Below are positions 63,519-64,000 of a stretch of 64,000 bases of DNA, piece by piece (within the stretch, counting starts at the first letter, position 1; the number at the start of each line of letters is the position of its first letter). Made by a program: the position numbers and the translations under genes. Location of the stretch: IMG/VR virus record IMGVR_UViG_3300045988_079296, positions 32,001-96,000 of that record; one strand, given 5' to 3'. Under the pieces are notes generated by a model that made no database searches, was not told the origin of the DNA, and saw nothing but the letters and a program-made list of their open reading frames with translations. This stretch comes from a virus.

Positions 63519-64000
63519 TCTTTTCTAAACCATTTCTTCAACCAACGCTCCAAAGTCTCGTAGCAATCATCAACTCCTGAATCAAGTATTCCTACACGTT
63601 TCTCCCCGATAGCGTCAATATAGGTCTGTAACCTTGCTTCTGAATGCTCGGAAAAGTAAGCGTCAAACTCATCGAAGAAGTCTATGATTGCGGAACGGTC
63701 TTTGTCCTTCGTAGCTCCAAGAACACGCCCTTTCTTTTGAACCGTATTGGCATCCTCAAGTCCTCCGTCCACGTTTATCATAACCTCAACGGCTGGAAGT
63801 GTTACGCCCTTCTTGAATATTCCCGAAGCCGACAAAAACCCTCCCTTGCCATCAAGAAATTCATTCTTTGCCGCTTCCCTCTCGTCACCCGAATGGTCAC
63901 CGCAGATAAAAGGTATTCCCGTAAGCTCTTCCAACTTGTATCCATGCTCTTTCGATTGGAAAATCAATAAAGTCTTTAGGTTCAACCTTCGTAGTATTTT
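63515..64000 (-). CDS. SF2 helicase C-terminal domain, N-terminus beyond the right edge
   Basis: KTLLIFQSKEHGYKLEEL..., FLDGKGGFLSASGIFKKGVTLPAVEVMINVDGG, VQKKGRVLG; frame stays open to position 64000, so the TTG start called at 63985 is not real. Confidence 0.75.
   Translation of the reverse strand, partial: KILRRLNLKTLLIFQSKEHGYKLEELTGIPFICGDHSGDEREAAKNEFLDGKGGFLSASGIFKKGVTLPAVEVMINVDGGLEDANTVQKKGRVLGATKDKDRSAIIDFFDEFDAYFSEHSEARLQTYIDAIGEKRVGILDSGVDDCYETLERWLKKWFRKE

Noticed and set aside
1-64000. tRNA genes, CRISPR arrays, integrase or transposon
   Set aside because: None recognised by eye; tRNAscan-SE would be needed to exclude tRNAs rigorously

Overview
The window reads as the interior of a large tailed-phage genome, probably infecting a Bacteroidota host. 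Every gene I can support is on the minus strand, and plus-strand ORFs in the track look like antisense shadows. From left to right it holds: virion and packaging genes (head-morphogenesis-like, portal, terminase large subunit) interrupted by a glycosyltransferase / PIG-L deacetylase / SPASM radical-SAM island; a thymine-pyrophosphorylase-like (HMUDK-helical/aGPT-Pplase type) protein; FEN-like exonuclease, SF1 helicase, diiron ferritin-like protein, dUTPase, DnaQ-like exonuclease and HU; a small-gene accessory region with a P-loop kinase; an ECF sigma factor plus two further sigma-like proteins; a macro-like protein; a second SF1 helicase; and a replication/recombination block (RuvC-like, SbcC/SbcD, RecA/UvsX-like, acidic-tailed SSB candidate, DUF1599/Nmad1, YfbR-like HD hydrolase, DnaE, thymidylate synthase family protein, primase, DnaB, edge SF2 helicase). 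The best candidate for an unusual system is a dispersed thymidine-hypermodification pathway: a divergent TS-like enzyme, Nmad1, HD nucleotidase, dUTPase, P-loop kinase, aGPT-Pplase-like protein and possibly the radical SAM, deacetylase and glycosyltransferase. Other notable signals are five TTTG-N19-TAnnTTTG promoters, a recurrent AT(T/C)GTAAA leader element before start codons, two 19-nt GA/CT repeats at gene junctions, protein modules shared between otherwise different proteins, and three sigma-like factors. All product names come from motif recognition by eye; no database search was run.
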